Of a stretch of DNA of 64,000 bases, positions 51,360 to 63,346 are shown one piece after another; positions within the stretch are counted from its first letter, which is position 1, and each line of letters opens with the position of its first letter. The DNA is from Squalus acanthias. Lineage: Eukaryota. The translations under genes were made by a program, and so were the position numbers. The notes under the pieces were generated by a model that was not told the origin of the DNA, did no database searches, and worked only from the letters and a program-made list of their open reading frames with translations. The stretch is from the NCBI GenBank assembly GCA_030390025.1, contig CM059431.1, positions 152,708,001-152,772,000 on the forward strand, in the 5' to 3' direction.

Positions 51360-52447
51360 CGACCTAGTGTAATATAAACAGAGACCTGTTGTGGTGCAGT
51401 AATAACTGAGACAGGGCCTAGAATAATATAAACAGAGACAGGGCCTAGTGTAAGATAAACAGAGACAGGGTCTAGTGTAATATATACTGAGACAGGGTCA
51501 AATGTAGTAATAACTGAGACAGGCTCCAGAGTGATATAAACAGAGACAGGGTCCTGTGCAGTAATAACTGAGACAGGCTCCAGAGTGTTATAAACAGAGA
51601 CAGGGTCTAGTGCAGTAATAACTGAGACAGGTTCTGGTGTAATATAAAAAGAGGTAAGTTCTAGTGCAGTTATAACTGAGACAGGCCGAGTGCAACATAA
51701 AGAGAGACAGGGTCGTGCAGGAAACACAGAAAGCTAGCACGCTGGTACAACAAGTGAAAAGGAAGCCAAATGGCATGTTGGCCTTTACTGCAAGGGGTTT
51801 GGGGAATAAGATTAAGGAAGTCTTGCTACAATTGTACAGGGCCTTGGTGAGACCACACCTGGAGTACTGTGCACAGTTTTGATCTCCTGATTTAAGGAAG
51901 GATATACTTGCCTTGGAGACGGTGCAACGAAGGTAAACTAGATTGATACCTGGGATGAGAGGGCGGTCCTATGATGAGAGATTGTGTAGAATGGGCCTAT
52001 ACTCTCTGGAGTTTAGAAGAATGAGAGGTCATCTCATTGAAACCTACACGATTCTGAAGTGGATTGACAGGGTAGTTGCTGAGAGGTTGTTTCCCCTGGC
52101 AGGAGTGTCTAGAACTAGGGGGCATGTCTCAGAATAAGGGGTAGGCTATTTGAGACGGAGATTAGGAGGAATTTCTTCACTCAGAGGGTAGGGAATCTTT
52201 GGAATTCTCTGCCCCAGAGGGCTGTGAATACTGAGTCTTTGAATATATTCAAGGCTGAGATAGATAGATTTTTGGACTCTAGGGGAATCAAGGGATATGG
52301 AGATCGGGCGGGAAAGTGGAGTTGAGGTCGATGAGCCATGATCTAATTGAATGGCGGTGCAGGCTCGATGGGCCGTATGGCCTACTCCTGCTCTTATTTC
52401 TTATGTTCTTATATCTAGTGTAGTAATAACTGAGACAGGGTCTAGTG
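51360..52447 (+). repeat. 27-bp minisatellite (two variants) interrupted by a CR1 fragment
   Basis: ctagtgtaatataaacagagacagggt / ctagtgcagtaataactgagacagggt; array resumes at ~52413. Confidence 0.85.
51740..52412 (+). mobile_element. CR1 3' fragment
   Basis: RPHLEYCAQF, RMRGHLIETY; cttatgtt tail. Confidence 0.88.
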
Positions 52448-54198
52448 TGACGTCAGTCTGTGTGGCGTCAGTCTGCAGTCTGTGTGATGTCAGTCAACAG
52501 CCTGTGTGTGTCGCTGAGCTTCAGTCAGGGTTGCTCTCTCTCGCTCTGTGTTTGAGCAACGTGTGTCTGCTGGCTGGCTGACGTGCCGTCGGCCATGTTT
52601 GACGGCTATGGGAATTGAGGGGAACACAGCAAAGGTTTATTTAGAAATAGATGTGATGAGAATATCAGTGACACATGGTAATTATTTAATTATATATAGA
52701 GGGACTCCAGGAAACACAACCACTATTTAATTAAAAAGAGGCGCGAGGAATCACAACTATATTGATTTGAATTTGACACGCTAATGCAATGGTTAACTTT
52801 TGCATGCCTTTGCTTTCTACTTTACCTGTTGAATTTGGATGATGTGGTTGATTACACATCGCCCGCTCACGATTGTGGCTGGGTGCAGATACATCGCTGA
52901 CTGACGGCATTAAAACCATTGCCTGCTGCCTGACCCTTGGCTTAAATACTGTTGGTCGTCTGAATCCAGTTAAATGAGAATGTGCCTATTGCACAAAACG
53001 GCCCGCAACTCATCGTCACTTCCCCCAGAAGCTGGATGCGAGCCGGAGAAGCAGAGCCTGGGCTCCCCGGGGACCTTAAACTATGTGGAGTTTGTTTGTT
53101 TGGGGAACGTCAGCATAAAGTGGAATGTGAGTTACGGGTAAAGAGGGCACTTAATCACAGTCAGTAAATGAAGCCCATTGAAAATTACAGTACTGAGGCT
53201 GTTGTTAGAGTAAACTTTTGAATAAAGTTCTTGAAACTTGGACTGAGATTTCATAGGTTTATTGATCCCACAGTGTCTGCAATAGTACTGACACATACAC
53301 GTAAAATGCAGCACTTACAACCACAGCTGATGATGGTTGGTTAGGGATTGAGACGTCTTACAATTCTGAGCTCAGTACCTTAGGATTTCACGAATCGGAA
53401 TACTCAGCACAAACAGCCAGTTATACTACATTGGTCCCACTGCCTCTCCGTGACCATCCACACAATGTTGCATTATATAACTATATGAAGGTTAAAATGT
53501 AACTCCATATAAGGAGACTTTCATTGACTGATCATTGATCAATAAGGACAGTTTTACTGACTGAACTATCTCTTTATCTGGTGGGCTTACAAGCGTAATT
53601 ACCTCAGAGTCGGTATCTTATCGATAGTTTCACTCTTGATTCAAACATTTCAATTCTACCAAGTGAAACCGTTAATTATAAGTCTGCCTTAGTTTGTGGA
53701 ACTTTCTGCCAATTAAAATGATGATGTATGCCCCGATGTTATCCTTTGTAGATCTAACTGTCTTCCAACATTGCAGCAAATTATTAAAGTTCTCTGAAAT
53801 TTTTGAATCAGTTTGCAATGGCATGTGATTAATTAAATCTCTAATTGCTGCATCCTGAGACTGACCATTGCTGCAGGGGAATGTTAAATGACTTATACTT
53901 CTAACTAAACAGGAACTGGCTAAAGATTAATATAACTACAATAGAAAGATAAACCAATACAGTATAATATTAGCAGACTTTAGTACAGTCTGATTAACCC
54001 TTTCCCTACAATCTCCCCTCCGTTTTCGCTTGATTACTTAAGGCCAACTCTGAGCAATATCACATCATCATCACATATCTATCACAATCTTTTATCTTCT
54101 GCAGATCTCTACCCATTTGTTTTACACATTACTCTCTCCAGAGCCACATTAATCATTTCATGTAGTGGTGATGTCACCGTGACTGGCTATGTCTTGAA
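52445..54198 (+). repeat. Third, insertion-free partial copy of the duplicated module
   Basis: Colinear with 6540-7690 + 9045-9141 + 9881-10490; lacks the L2 and MITE insertions. Confidence 0.88.
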
Positions 54199-54214
54199 TG
54201 GATTTGATAGGATT

Positions 54215-54540
54215 ACATGGGATATACAGCACAGAGACAGACCATTCGGCCCAACCAGTCCATGCCGGTGTTTACGCTCCACTTGAACCTCCTCCCGTCT
54301 TTCCCCATCTAAATCTATCAGCATAACCCTCTATTCGCTTCTCCCTCCTCTGCTTGTCTAGCCTCCCCTTAAATGCATCTATCTATACTATTCGCTACAA
54401 CCTCTCCCTGTGGTAGCGAGTACCACATTCTCACCACTCTTTGGGTACAAAAGTTTCTTCTGAATTCCCTATTGGATTTCTTGTTGACTCTCTTATATTG
54501 ATGGCCTCCAGTTATGCTCTTCCCCACAAGTGAAAACATT
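54215..54540 (-). mobile_element. CR1 3' end
   Basis: Same family as 63347-64000. Confidence 0.8.
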
Positions 54541-56598
54541 GGGCTCGATTTTGCCAGGCCCGAGGAGGCGGGATTCAAGGCGTGTGAGGTGGTAAAATCG
54601 CAAAAAATGGCGGGCGGGCCCGATCCCGCCTCCTACCCGCCTCCGAGCAATTTTCCCAAAGGCGTGTTTTCTGACCCCGTTTCCATATCGCCTCCAAAAG
54701 GCGGGATAGGCCCTTAAGGCCCTTAACAACCAGTGCATCTCTAATCCCATTTTGAGAGGCCTTTCTGATTTTCCCACTTTTCCCACGATCCTGCACGTCT
54801 CCTCTGGAAGCTGGCGGCATCACAAGTGGACTGTTACTAACAGCTGCAGCTCCACCATTAAAAAGGAGTTTTCAGCAATCATCATTTGCAGGTGGCAGAA
54901 CTTTGTTGTCTCAGGTCTGGAGGAACTTTTAGCAGGCATACCCATTGTTGTGGAAGTTTGGAGCCTGAGACCTATCTCCAGTGTGACCTCCTGCGAAACC
55001 CCTCTCGCCTCCTCAACTGAGGCATATACGAGAAGCATGGGATCCATTTATTTCCTTTCCTCCTGGACATCAGATTCGGACGAAGATCAGCCGTGGCAGC
55101 AGCAGAACCATGAACAACAGCATCACCAGCAGCAGCAGCAGCATCAACAGGAGTGCCAAGCTGCTCCTCACCCACCTGAAGCTGCACAGGCCAGAAGGCG
55201 CCAGCGCGCGACCACATTGCTGCCCGAGATGCAAGGGAAGTACTTGACCAGATTTGCTTAGCCTGCACAATCAAACACTTTTGCCTCGCACCTTCTTATC
55301 AGACCATCGACAATGGCCAGGAACCTGCGGATTCCTATCACTCTGACCACCATACTGACAATTGCAGCTTCCTCTGAGGAGTGGTGAGGCTCATGCTCTT
55401 CCTCCTGGACGGTGGGGATGGCTGCTCGCGATGATCCTGGGGTGGAGTAAAGGAAAGAGTCAGAGATGTGAGTCCAAGGTTACATGCACGTTGCATATTG
55501 CAGATGATCATAAGTCAGTCTGCTGGAGCATCAGAATCATTATCAGTGACTCATGCAATGTCAATGAGAGAGATGATAATCTATTCGGTCACCAGCTTGC
55601 TCTGATGCACCCATCTGTCGATTCCCCACTTGCGCATCCTCCTCCACTCCCATGATCTCCAGGACCGCCTCCTCCCAGGTGGTGAGCTTGGCTACTGAGT
55701 GTGGCCCTCCCCCTGTCCTCGCTCTTTCCCTCTTATTGTGAGCTCTCTTTTCCTGCAATGAGGTAGACAAGTGGAGTTTGAGTGAGAATGAAGGAGTGTA
55801 GAGAATCTATAACATTAATGGTTAGAAGGAGATAAATTCGAAGTGATGTGGCAAGACCATGTGCCCTTCCTGTGTGTTGTAAGTTGTTTTCATAGCATCA
55901 CAGCGAGGGCTGCATAGTCGAATAGTTAGGTGAATGTGACCATACAGAGAGAGGGATTGGGTAAGGGCGCAGGGATGTCAGTGTCAAGTGGGATGTTGAG
56001 GAAGAGGTTGTCAAAGCTGAGTGCTGGTGAGGAGAGGCAACGGGGATCAGAATGAGGGTGATGGGAAATTCATACTCACTTTTCCAGTGCGCAGCAGGTC
56101 ATGAATCCTCTTCCTGCACTGAAGCCAGGTTCTGCGGGTTATGGACAACGAGTTGACCTCCTCTGCCACCTGGATCCACACAGCCTTGGTTTGATGGGAA
56201 GGCTTCTTCCTCCCTGAAGAAGGGAAGAGCACCTCCTTATTAGCTCTGGCTCCCTCAATTAAAGCTTGCAGAGCGACGTCATCAAATCGAGGTGTAGACC
56301 TAGGTCTCTGGCTGGCCATTCTTCCTGCAGGTGCCTCTAACATGCAAAGGCAGAAGCTTGGCAGTCTGCAGGGGAAGCAAGGCTTGTTGCAGACCTTCAA
56401 TGCTGCAGCAATGATGACGTCATCGGAAGCGACTTTCAGACTGGAAAAACTCACTGGCCATGGGTTCCCACACGTTGGAACTCAAATGGCCAATTATGTT
56501 AAAATCGCTTCAATCTCCCACATCGATTTAGATTCGGGTGGCTAACACGAAATGCGGATTACACAACCCCAGCCCGCCCCTGAATCACAATCCAGCCC
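54541..56598. mobile_element. Internally deleted PIF/Harbinger transposon
   Basis: Ends gggctcgatttt / acaatccagccc; spliced Myb/SANT-like gene on the minus strand, probable transposase N-terminal stub on the plus strand (~55037-55261); no DDE core seen. Confidence 0.8.
55592..56319 (-). pseudogene. Harbinger Myb/SANT-like DNA-binding protein (exons 56319-56080 and 55752-~55592), truncated
   Basis: PRFDD..L..LI...KEVLF...W..VAEEVN....RTWLQCRKR.HDL, phase-0 GT-AG intron, then EKRAHNKRERARTGGGP....LT.WEE. Confidence 0.8.
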
Positions 56599-56609
56599 TA
56601 TGACTCGAT

Positions 56610-57308
56610 GGGCTGGATTTTCATTGACCCGTGGAGGCGGGTTTGGAGGCGTGTCGGGGGTTAAAGTTGCAAAAACTGGCGGGCGGGCACAAGTCCGCCT
56701 CCATCCCGCCTCTACGCAATTTTCATTAAATCGTGTCTGCTGGTCCCGACTCCGTCCCGCCTCTAAGAGAAGGGATAGTCTGTTAAGGCTCTTAACAAGC
56801 ACTAAATTGGCTCTGTAATGCCATTTTGAAAGGCCTTTGTGATTGTAACCCTTGATCTCCGTGAAGCACGCCTGTCCTGAAACACGATTGTGAAACCTGG
56901 CGGGAGCACATTTGGATAGCTGACTATCAGTGACTCGGCTGACGATCAGTGACTGTGGCTGGCAGGTATCAGGGAGGAACCGTATCTGGGAGTGGTGGTG
57001 GAAAAAAAATTATCTCTCTCTCTCTCCCTGTCTCTGCAGACTTAGAGCTGCTACTCATGTTGCATCCTGGTACTCTCACAGCAAAGGCCAGGCAGTCTCT
57101 GACCTGCAATGCAACAGCAATGATGACATCATCAGAGGCGACTTTCAGACTGAAACCACTAATTGGTTGATGGGTTCGCACATGCTGGAACTCAATTGCC
57201 GAATTAGGTGAAAATTGCATCAATCTCCTACATCCAATTGCAGTCGGGTGGATAACACGAAATCCGGATGACACGACCCCAACCCGCCCCAGTATCAAAA
57301 TCCAGCCC
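56610..57308. mobile_element. Non-coding MITE related to the adjacent Harbinger (699 bp)
   Basis: Perfect 12-bp TIR gggctggatttt; both subterminal regions are similar to those of 54541-56598. Confidence 0.82.
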
Positions 57309-57539
57309 AAAGACTCTATAAGGATGACTGAAGTGGAAAATTGATGCTGACACAGGCTCTAAAATGGGTACATTTCTATTTCACAGCACTGATTTACAGA
57401 GGCCAGGAGATGCAAAAACATTTTCAGCTTTTACCTTTGATTCATTTCTGAGCAGCATCAAATACATTTTGCGCCTTATCTTCTCCAGCGGCAGGAGCTG
57501 GTGAGCGGCCTGGGCGGGACCGCATGATTGGTGCACGAT

Positions 57540-57990
57540 GGCAGTTTCAGCTGTGGCTCAGTGGGTAGCACACTCGCCTCTGAGTCAGAAGGTTGTGTGT
57601 CCATATCGGGACTTGATTACAGAAAGCTAGGCTGACACTCCAGTGCAGTGCTGAGTGAATGCTGCACTGTCGGAGGTTAAACCGAGGCCCCATCTGCACT
57701 CTCAGGTGGTCTTAAAAGATCCCAGGGCACTATTTCGAAGAAGAGCAGGGGTGTTATCCCTGTTGTCCTGGCCAGTACTTATCCCTCAATCAACATAACA
57801 AAAACACATTATCTGGTCATTATCACATTGCTGTTTGTGGGAGCTTGCTGTGCACAAATTCGCTGCCGTGTTTCCCACATTACAACAGTGACTACACTTC
57901 CAAAGTACTTAATTGTCTGTAAAGCGCTTTGAGACATCCGGTGGTTGTGAAAGGCGCTATATAAATGCAAGTCTTTCTTTTCTTTCTTAG
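57540..57990 (+). mobile_element. tRNA-derived Deu-type SINE with L2-like tail
   Basis: A box tggctcagtgg, central taaaccgaggcccc...gatccca..gcactattt..gaagagcagggg, tail aaggcgctatataaatgcaag(tctt)n. Confidence 0.8.
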
Positions 57991-58799
57991 GGGGGACATT
58001 AGTGTGTGGCCCTCAACAGCTCACCAAAACTTGTTAAGTGGCCCTTCAGCCCACACAGTTTCCACCCCTCATCTAAAGTAAGAGTAATAGAAAAGTCAAA
58101 AGTGTTGGCAGGCCATGTCATCCTGTGTGTCAAATCACCAATAATTTCACTATTAGGATTCAGTAGCGAGTGTGAAAGGGAATATAATACAATTTTACAA
58201 CAATTAGGGCAATTTTGTTACATTCCGATTCATTCAATTACATAGTTAGAACACAACAATGACACACTGTTGTTCAACTGTTAATCATTCATGTTTATTT
58301 GATATAAATTTGTTCTGTGTTCATTTTATTTTATTCTAATGTTTCACCTGTACAACTGTGGAATTTGGTGATAATGAATTGAAATTTTCAGTCCGATATA
58401 ATTTACAACTTTCAGTACAGTCCATACATGAGCGTTACACTGATAATCAAATACAAGAGTTCGGTCTGAGGACAAACACTTTGACATTTAGAATTCACGT
58501 GTTAGAAATTATGTGGACTATGTTTGCAGATAATTTCATGCATAACAATCAACTATGAAATCTATCAGTACACTTGTACACTAATCTTTTACAAAAATGA
58601 ACAATTTGAATCAGCGGGCACAACACGTAGAGGCGGAACTAATATTTGGCTTGTTTTTTGTACTGATCAAGCTGAACAAATATAATTATTGAACAAGAGA
58701 ACATTTTGGAGACTCCTTATAACCCGGTCAGGAATCAAGGGCTTCCAACCCAGGAAAACCATGGCCTGTAGCGTTCTCCCTGCATTCCCTTGAATGGAA

Positions 58800-59290
58800 G
58801 TTTTTTCTTACTAATTTATGGGATGTGGGCGTCGCTGGCAAGGCCAGCATTTATTGCCCACCCCTAATTGCCCTCGAGAAGGTGGTGGTGAGGCGCCTTC
58901 TTGAACCGCTGCTGTCCATGTGGTGAAGGTACTCCCACAGTGCTGTTAGCGAGCGTATTCCAGGATTTTGAACCAGCGACGATGAAGGAACGGAGATATA
59001 CTTCCAAGTCAGGATGGTGTGTGACTTGGTGCAGAACTTGGAGTTGCTGGTGTTCCCATGCACCTGTTGCCCTTGTCCTTCTAGGTGGAAGAGGTCGCGG
59101 GTTTGGGAGGTGCTGCCGAAGATGCCTTGGCGAGTTGCTGCAGTGCATCTTGTAGATGGTATACACTGCAGCCACGGTACGGCGGTGGTGGAGGCAGTAA
59201 TTGTTTACGGTGGTGGATAATCTAGTTTGTCCTGTATGGTGTTGAGCTTCTTGAATATTGTTGGAGCTGCACTCATCCAGACAAGTGGAG
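58800..59290 (-). mobile_element. CR1/L2-group LINE 3' end
   Basis: HHRRTVAAVYTIYKMHCSN; same family as 60890-61570. Confidence 0.8.
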
Positions 59291-59294
59291 AATT

Positions 59295-59530
59295 TGAATC
59301 GTAGAATGATACAGCAAAGAATGAGGCCATTCAGCACATCGTGTCTGTGCGTGTGCCGGCTCTTAGGTAGAGCTCTCCAAATAGTTCCACTCCCATGCTC
59401 TTTCCCCATAGCCCTGTATTTTTTCCCCCTTCAAGTATTTAGCTAATTCTCTTTTGAATGTTACAATTAAATCTGCTGCCACCGCCCTTTCAGGCAGTGC
59501 ATTCCAGATCACAACAACTCGCTGCGTAAA
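59295..59530 (-). mobile_element. CR1 3' end
   Basis: FTQRVVVIWNALP; CR1 tail. Confidence 0.75.
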
Positions 59531-59587
59531 CTCTGGTTCTTCTGTCAAGTTAGGGCAGGAACTGCAGGAACATACATTTACTACACT

Positions 59588-60429
59588 TTACACCGAGATG
59601 AGAGCCAGAGCCGCCAGAATCCACCATCCACCCAATGCCGAAATGATCGCCCCCTCACACTGTACCACCATCAGCTCCCCATCTTTGTCCCTGTCCAACC
59701 TCACCACGGTCCCCTGCTTCCGCATTCCCTTGAGAAGAAAGTTGCTGCCACCTTCCCAAGAGCTCTGATTTTCGACTCGAAACACCTCGTAAGGTGGAAT
59801 CAGAACCTCCTGCTCCTCCGGGAAATGCGAGAAGTTTTGGATGCGGACCCCGAAAAGTGAGCGTATCTCTAACATGGTGTTGGTGTTTGTGGAGCTGTTG
59901 CTGTAGTTAATGGCGATCTGTTGATTAAGAGACGAAGAGGCAAAGTATCCAAATCTCACGTATGAGCCCAGCTGAGCCTCCGCGTTCCTCGAGAACCATC
60001 TGTAAGTCTGCGGTACCGGGCGGCACGAATCGGTGCCCAGTTTCTCAAGGGCGACGGAGAGAAGATAATGAAAGCATTTGAAGTTGAAATTCTCGGCGTA
60101 GATAGAGTCAGTCGCTCCGTACAATCTGACCGCTTCATTGAACATTTTGTAGAACCCGTTGTTTTGGGGGACGCTTGCCGTGTAGGCATACAGCGCCAAC
60201 ATGTGCTCTTTTTTCAGTCCATTGGCTATCTTCGATTTCATGTGGCCACATGTGTGCTCCCAGACGGTATCAAACGTCTTGTTCTTCTGTCTCTCTTCCC
60301 GGATGTAGGCGATGGCTATCTGGTCAGATTCCTCGCTCTGGGTGAAGATGTAAGTGGCAGAACCTTTCGCCATGTCCAGTCGGATGACATTTTCCCCGTT
60401 CTTTCCGCTGACAGCAATTATGTTCTGGT
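59588..60429 (-). CDS. Ecto-ADP-ribosyltransferase (ARTC/ART5-like), main exon with C-terminal GPI-signal-like tail
   Basis: LDMA, ALYAYT, FNEAVR, FHYLL, TYR, RFGYFASSSL, SHFPEEQEVLIPPYEVF (R-S-ExE triad); acceptor ttgttttacag at 60430; the ORF is also open to an ATG at 60472; signal-peptide exon not identified. Confidence 0.88.
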
Positions 60430-60554
60430 CTGTAAAACAAAGCCGGAATCTGAGCAACCCACGCCAGCACATTCAGATCAGTGACCCCAAACTGCGGGAC
60501 AATTACTAAAGAAATACTCGCATTTCGAGAGCACCATTCGCGACCGCTCACCGT

Positions 60555-60885
60555 TTTTCAGCCAATTAAGTACTTTTTGAAGTGCGGTCACTGTCGGAAA
60601 TGCGGCAGCCAATCTGCGCACAGCAAGCTCCCACAAACAGCAATGTGATAACGACCAGTTAATCTGTTTTTTTTCAGTGATGTTGATTGACCTGCAATAT
60701 TAACCGGCAAGAACTCCCCTTGCTCTTCTATCGAAATAGTGCCATGAGATCTTTTACATCCACCGAAGAGGGCAGAAGGGGCTTCGGTTTGACACTCAAT
60801 ACCGCACTGGAGTGTCAGCCTATATTGGTTGTGCTCAAGTCTCTGGCGTGGGTCTTGAACCCACAAACCATCATGACTCAGAGGC
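60555..60885 (-). mobile_element. Deu-type SINE, degenerate
   Basis: Reverse complement of the 57540-57990 body. Confidence 0.75.
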
Positions 60886-60889
60886 TAGG

Positions 60890-61575
60890 GTGCATCCTAG
60901 GGGTCACCATTAACAAGAAACTTAACTGGACCAGCCACATAAATACTGTGGCTGCAAGAGCAGGTTAGATGCTGGGTATTCTGCAGCGAGTGTCTCAACC
61001 CTTGACTCCCCAAAGCCTTTCCACCATCTACAAGGCACAAGTAAGGAATGTGATGGAATACTCTCCACTTGCCTGGATGAGTGCAGCTCCAACAACACTC
61101 AAGAAGCTCGCCACCATCCAGGACAAAGCAGCCCGCTTGATTGGCACCCCATGCACCACCTTAAACATTCACTCCCTCCACCACCGGCGTACCGTGGCTG
61201 CAGTGTGTACCATCTACAAGATGCACTGCAGCAACTCGCCAAGGCTTCTTCGGCAGCACCTCCCAAACTCGTGACCTCTTCCACCTAGAAGGACAAGGGC
61301 AGCAGGCGCATGGGAACACCAACACCTCCAAGTTCCCCTCCAAGTAACACACCATCCTGACTTAGAAGTATATCGCAGATCCTTCATCGTCGCTTGGTCA
61401 AAATCCTGCAACTCCCTACCTAACAGCACTGTGGGAGACCTTCACCACACGGACAGCAGCGGTTCCAGAATGCGGCTCACCACCACCTTCTCAAGGGCAA
61501 TTAGGGATGGGCAATAACTGCTGGCTTTGCTAGCGACTCCCACATCACATAAACGGATTTAAAAAAATAAAAAAA
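60890..61575 (+). mobile_element. CR1/L2-group LINE 3' fragment
   Basis: ILGVTI..KLNWTSHI, YKAQVRNVMEYSPLAW; A-rich tail. Confidence 0.85.
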
Positions 61576-62077
61576 AATTAGCTCTTCGAGCCTGCTCCGC
61601 CATTCAGTAAGATCATGGCTGATCTTCTGCCTCAAATCCACCTTCCTGCACTATTCCCCATATCCCTTGATTCCCTTAATATCTAAAAAATCTGTCGATC
61701 TCTGTCACCAAGTATAATTATGGTAGCATAGACCTTTAGATATTTGTGAGAAGGAGAAATGATGGCGATTGAGGGTTGAGAGGACATTTCTGCATTTGTT
61801 TTGCATGGTCGGAGCGCAGACAGGAACATGAGTCGGCGAAAATAACCCGCTGGTTACAGACTCCTCCCGACTTTCCTTCCAGTAACTTACAGGGAAGGTC
61901 AGTCAGCGAAAATCTGTTACCTGCCCGGATTCGCCCGTCAGATTCTCTGGCCTCTTTCCGTTCAGGGGGCTGCTTAAAGCCCTGGCAGCATTCCCAGGTG
62001 TTCCACAGATGTTAGGGCTTGGAAACCAATTAGTTGCAGGAGGAGACAGTGCGGTGAGTTCTCCTTCCAGTGCAATA

Positions 62078-62857
62078 AGTCATAGAGTCATAGAGTCATA
62101 ACGGCACAGAAGGAGGCCATTCGGCCCATCGAGTCCGTGCCAGCTCTCTGTAGAGCAATCCAGTCAGTCCCATTCCCCCGTTCTTTCCCGTAGCCCTGCA
62201 AGTTTATTTCCCTCAAGTGCCTATCCATTCTCCCCTTGAAGATATTGAGTGTCTCCGCTTCCACTACCTCCATCAGCAGCGAGTTCCAGGTCCTCATCAC
62301 TCACTGCGTATAAAAGTTTTTCCTCACATCCCCCTGTATCTCTTGCCCAAAAGCTTAAATCTGTGCCCCCTAGTCCTTGTGCCATCAACTAGTGGGAACA
62401 GCCTTCGTCTAGCCTATCCAAACCCCTCATAATCTTGTACACCTCTATCAAATCACCCCTCAACCTTCTTTGATCAAATTAAAACAAATCCAGCTTCTCC
62501 AACCTGTCCTTGTAGCTAAGATCCCCCATCCCAGGAACCATTCTGGGAAATCTCCTCTGCACCATCTCAAGTCACATCCTTCCTGAAGTGTGCTGACCAG
62601 AACTTGATGCAATACTCCATTTGTAGCCTAACCAGCGCTTTATAAATGTTCAGCATAACTTCTCTACTTTTGTACTCAACACATCTATTTATGAAGCTCA
62701 AGTTCCCATATGCTTTGTTAACCACTCTCTCAATATGTCCTGCCACCTTCAGGGACCTATGCACATTAACTCCCAGGACCCTCTGTCCCTGCACACTCTT
62801 TAAAACTGGGCCATTAAGTGTACCTTGCCTCTCCCTGTTCCTTCTGCCAAAATGCAT
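62078..62857 (-). mobile_element. CR1 3' fragment
   Basis: MHFGRRN, LVRLQMEYC; (tatgactc)n tail. Confidence 0.85.
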
Positions 62858-63346
62858 CGAGGATTGTTGGTTAGTATCTCAACGTATAAACAACAAGCAC
62901 ATTGGGTGAAAAGCAAATCAATAGAATCAAAGGCATCAGACACGAACACTGACATGTTTAATCGGATTGAACGATGAATTCAGATGCTTACAATTAAAAC
63001 TTTGGAAAATAAGCAGAGTTATAAACAAAGAACGCATTGTTTCTGCCTCCTGTTCCCTGTATGTCCAGATGAATTCGGTCCTCTCCCTCTGACCAGTGAC
63101 CCTTCAGGATCTGCCTTTATTCATTTTGAAGAATTCTACTGATTGCAGTGGAATTTATACAGTTCACATGCGGTCCAGTAACACTGAAACTAAAACCAGT
63201 GGTTCCTGTTTCGAGTGTGATGCAATTTACTTATTAACTATTCCACACCATAGCCGCCTAGAAATAATTCAATAATTGCCAAAAAAGCTGTGACAGGTTA
63301 CTAGATTGATAGCGGATGGTTTAATTTCCGTCTAAAAACGATTACA

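Noticed and set aside
51251..51727. 158-aa ORF with 9-residue repeats (PVSVITALD)
   Set aside because: By-product of a 27-bp minisatellite that happens to lack stops in one frame
54752..55261. Host polyglutamine protein
   Set aside because: Lies inside Harbinger TIRs; best read as a truncated transposon gene stub with a CAG-rich tract
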